The notes below the pieces were generated by a model. The model made no database searches. It was given only the letters and a program-made list of their open reading frames with translations, and was not told where the DNA came from. The translations under genes were made by a program, and so were the position numbers. Positions 62,917 to 64,000 of a stretch of 64,000 nucleotides of DNA are shown in pieces. Each line of letters starts with the position of its first letter. Within the stretch, counting starts at the first letter, position 1. Origin of the DNA: a virus (taxonomy: Duplodnaviria > Heunggongvirae > Uroviricota > Caudoviricetes); IMG/VR virus record IMGVR_UViG_3300049460_000121, positions 1 through 64,000 of that record. One strand, 5' to 3'.

Positions 62917-63333
62917 ATGAACAAACTCGCCATCGCCCAAGAACTCGCCTCCCTCCCTCCAGGCGTCATGATCGAAAACCGGCGTCAGCGCATTACCGCA
63001 CAACTGGGCCTGGCATCTGGACTGATTGTACCCATGTCCAGTACCGAGCTCCCACCTGGCGAACAACGTAACTACTTCTACGCCAACGTGGAAGAAGTCC
63101 AATCCATCCTTTACCAGATCAACGAGTGCATTCCGTTCCACGTTGAACGTTCGTTGGAGATTGGTTACCGCGTCTGGGCTGACCGTCACGAGAAGACCTT
63201 CCGTCCGAAAGCCATGGATCTCTATGGCGATCCAATCATCCGGGTAATCACGCCCGAAGCCACCGACCTGCTGATCACAGCCGCAGACGTAGAACGCGGC
63301 GTTGCGATGATTCGCGAAGGTCTGTCTGTTTAA
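62917..63333 (+). CDS. Conserved virion-block protein (gp85-like)
   Basis: Synteny; ORF in operon. Confidence 0.55.
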   Translation: MNKLAIAQELASLPPGVMIENRRQRITAQLGLASGLIVPMSSTELPPGEQRNYFYANVEEVQSILYQINECIPFHVERSLEIGYRVWADRHEKTFRPKAMDLYGDPIIRVITPEATDLLITAADVERGVAMIREGLSV

Positions 63334-63352
63334 CGTCGAAACATAGAAGGAC

Positions 63353-64000
63353 ATGAGCATGAACGCTGTAACCTCCCTCAGTACATTCTCGATCGAATCG
63401 GCTGAAGTCGATTTCAACGAACGTGTCGATGCCGAAGTTGGGTTCCGTGATCAGATCGAAAACCCGATCTTCACCAAAGAGTACGAAGACGCCGAACGGG
63501 TGTTCTCGACTTTCAAACGTATCAACGAGCGCGGCTTTGTTTGCCGGGCTGACATCAGTGGTGTTGCTGACCTCGCTGAGTCCTACCCTGCCATCAAGCG
63601 CATGCTGGCGCGTTACCCGCTGAACAGCTTCACCGAAGAGCCTAGCCGGGTAAACTTCGAAGTGTCGAACGAAAGCGTGATCCGTTCTGTCCTGACCGCA
63701 TTGAAGGAAGCCTTCTTCCGGATCGTCAAGTTCCTTCGTGAGTCGCTGACTCGTGTGTGGGATAACCTGATCAACGGGAAGAAGCGCACGGTCGAGGTGG
63801 ACAAGATTGGTCCACGCGTCGATGCGATGCAGCGTTACATTGTCGAAGTCGACAAGATCATGAGTGAAAGCAAGGTCGGTGAAGATTACGGCAAGTGGCA
63901 ACGCCGTAACATCAAGTCCGCTGCTGACAACCTCAGCAAGAACTGGAACGCCCTCAAGCACGTCGTGACAACTGACCAGGTCCGCAGTAAAGAGCTCGTC
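63353..64000 (+). CDS. Head protein (gp86-like), 3' truncated by the window
   Basis: MSMNAV..FSIE..., P.NSFTEEPS.VN..VSNE, then amphipathic helix; frame open to the edge. Confidence 0.7.
   Translation, partial: MSMNAVTSLSTFSIESAEVDFNERVDAEVGFRDQIENPIFTKEYEDAERVFSTFKRINERGFVCRADISGVADLAESYPAIKRMLARYPLNSFTEEPSRVNFEVSNESVIRSVLTALKEAFFRIVKFLRESLTRVWDNLINGKKRTVEVDKIGPRVDAMQRYIVEVDKIMSESKVGEDYGKWQRRNIKSAADNLSKNWNALKHVVTTDQVRSKELV

Overview
64 kb from a phiKZ-related (Chimalliviridae-like) jumbo phage, probably infecting Pseudomonas. The left and middle parts (about 1-42.5 kb) are mostly minus-strand early/accessory genes and nucleotide-metabolism enzymes: NAD-dependent ligase, NrdA/NrdB, dCTP deaminase, thymidylate kinase, DHFR, a NUDIX hydrolase, and a thymidylate synthase split by a 1123-nt group I intron carrying a GIY-YIG homing endonuclease. 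This part also holds a spanin pair, a Tad1-like anti-defence sponge, HD and DHH phosphoesterases, two ATP-grasp enzymes, a PL7 alginate lyase, a GNAT, and a DarG-like macrodomain fused to a LigA-derived OB-fold/Zn-finger. The right part (about 42.5-64 kb) is the conserved phiKZ-type virion block: head/inner-body paralogues with S-x-E maturation motifs, baseplate-like proteins, the exonuclease half of a split family-B DNA polymerase and an M48-like virion protease. A phage-specific terminator tail (hairpin + TTATGCTG/TTGTGCTG) and an early-type promoter motif (TACATTAY) recur. All family assignments come from motif recognition by eye; no searches were run. phiKZ gp numbers are from recalled synteny and are tentative.
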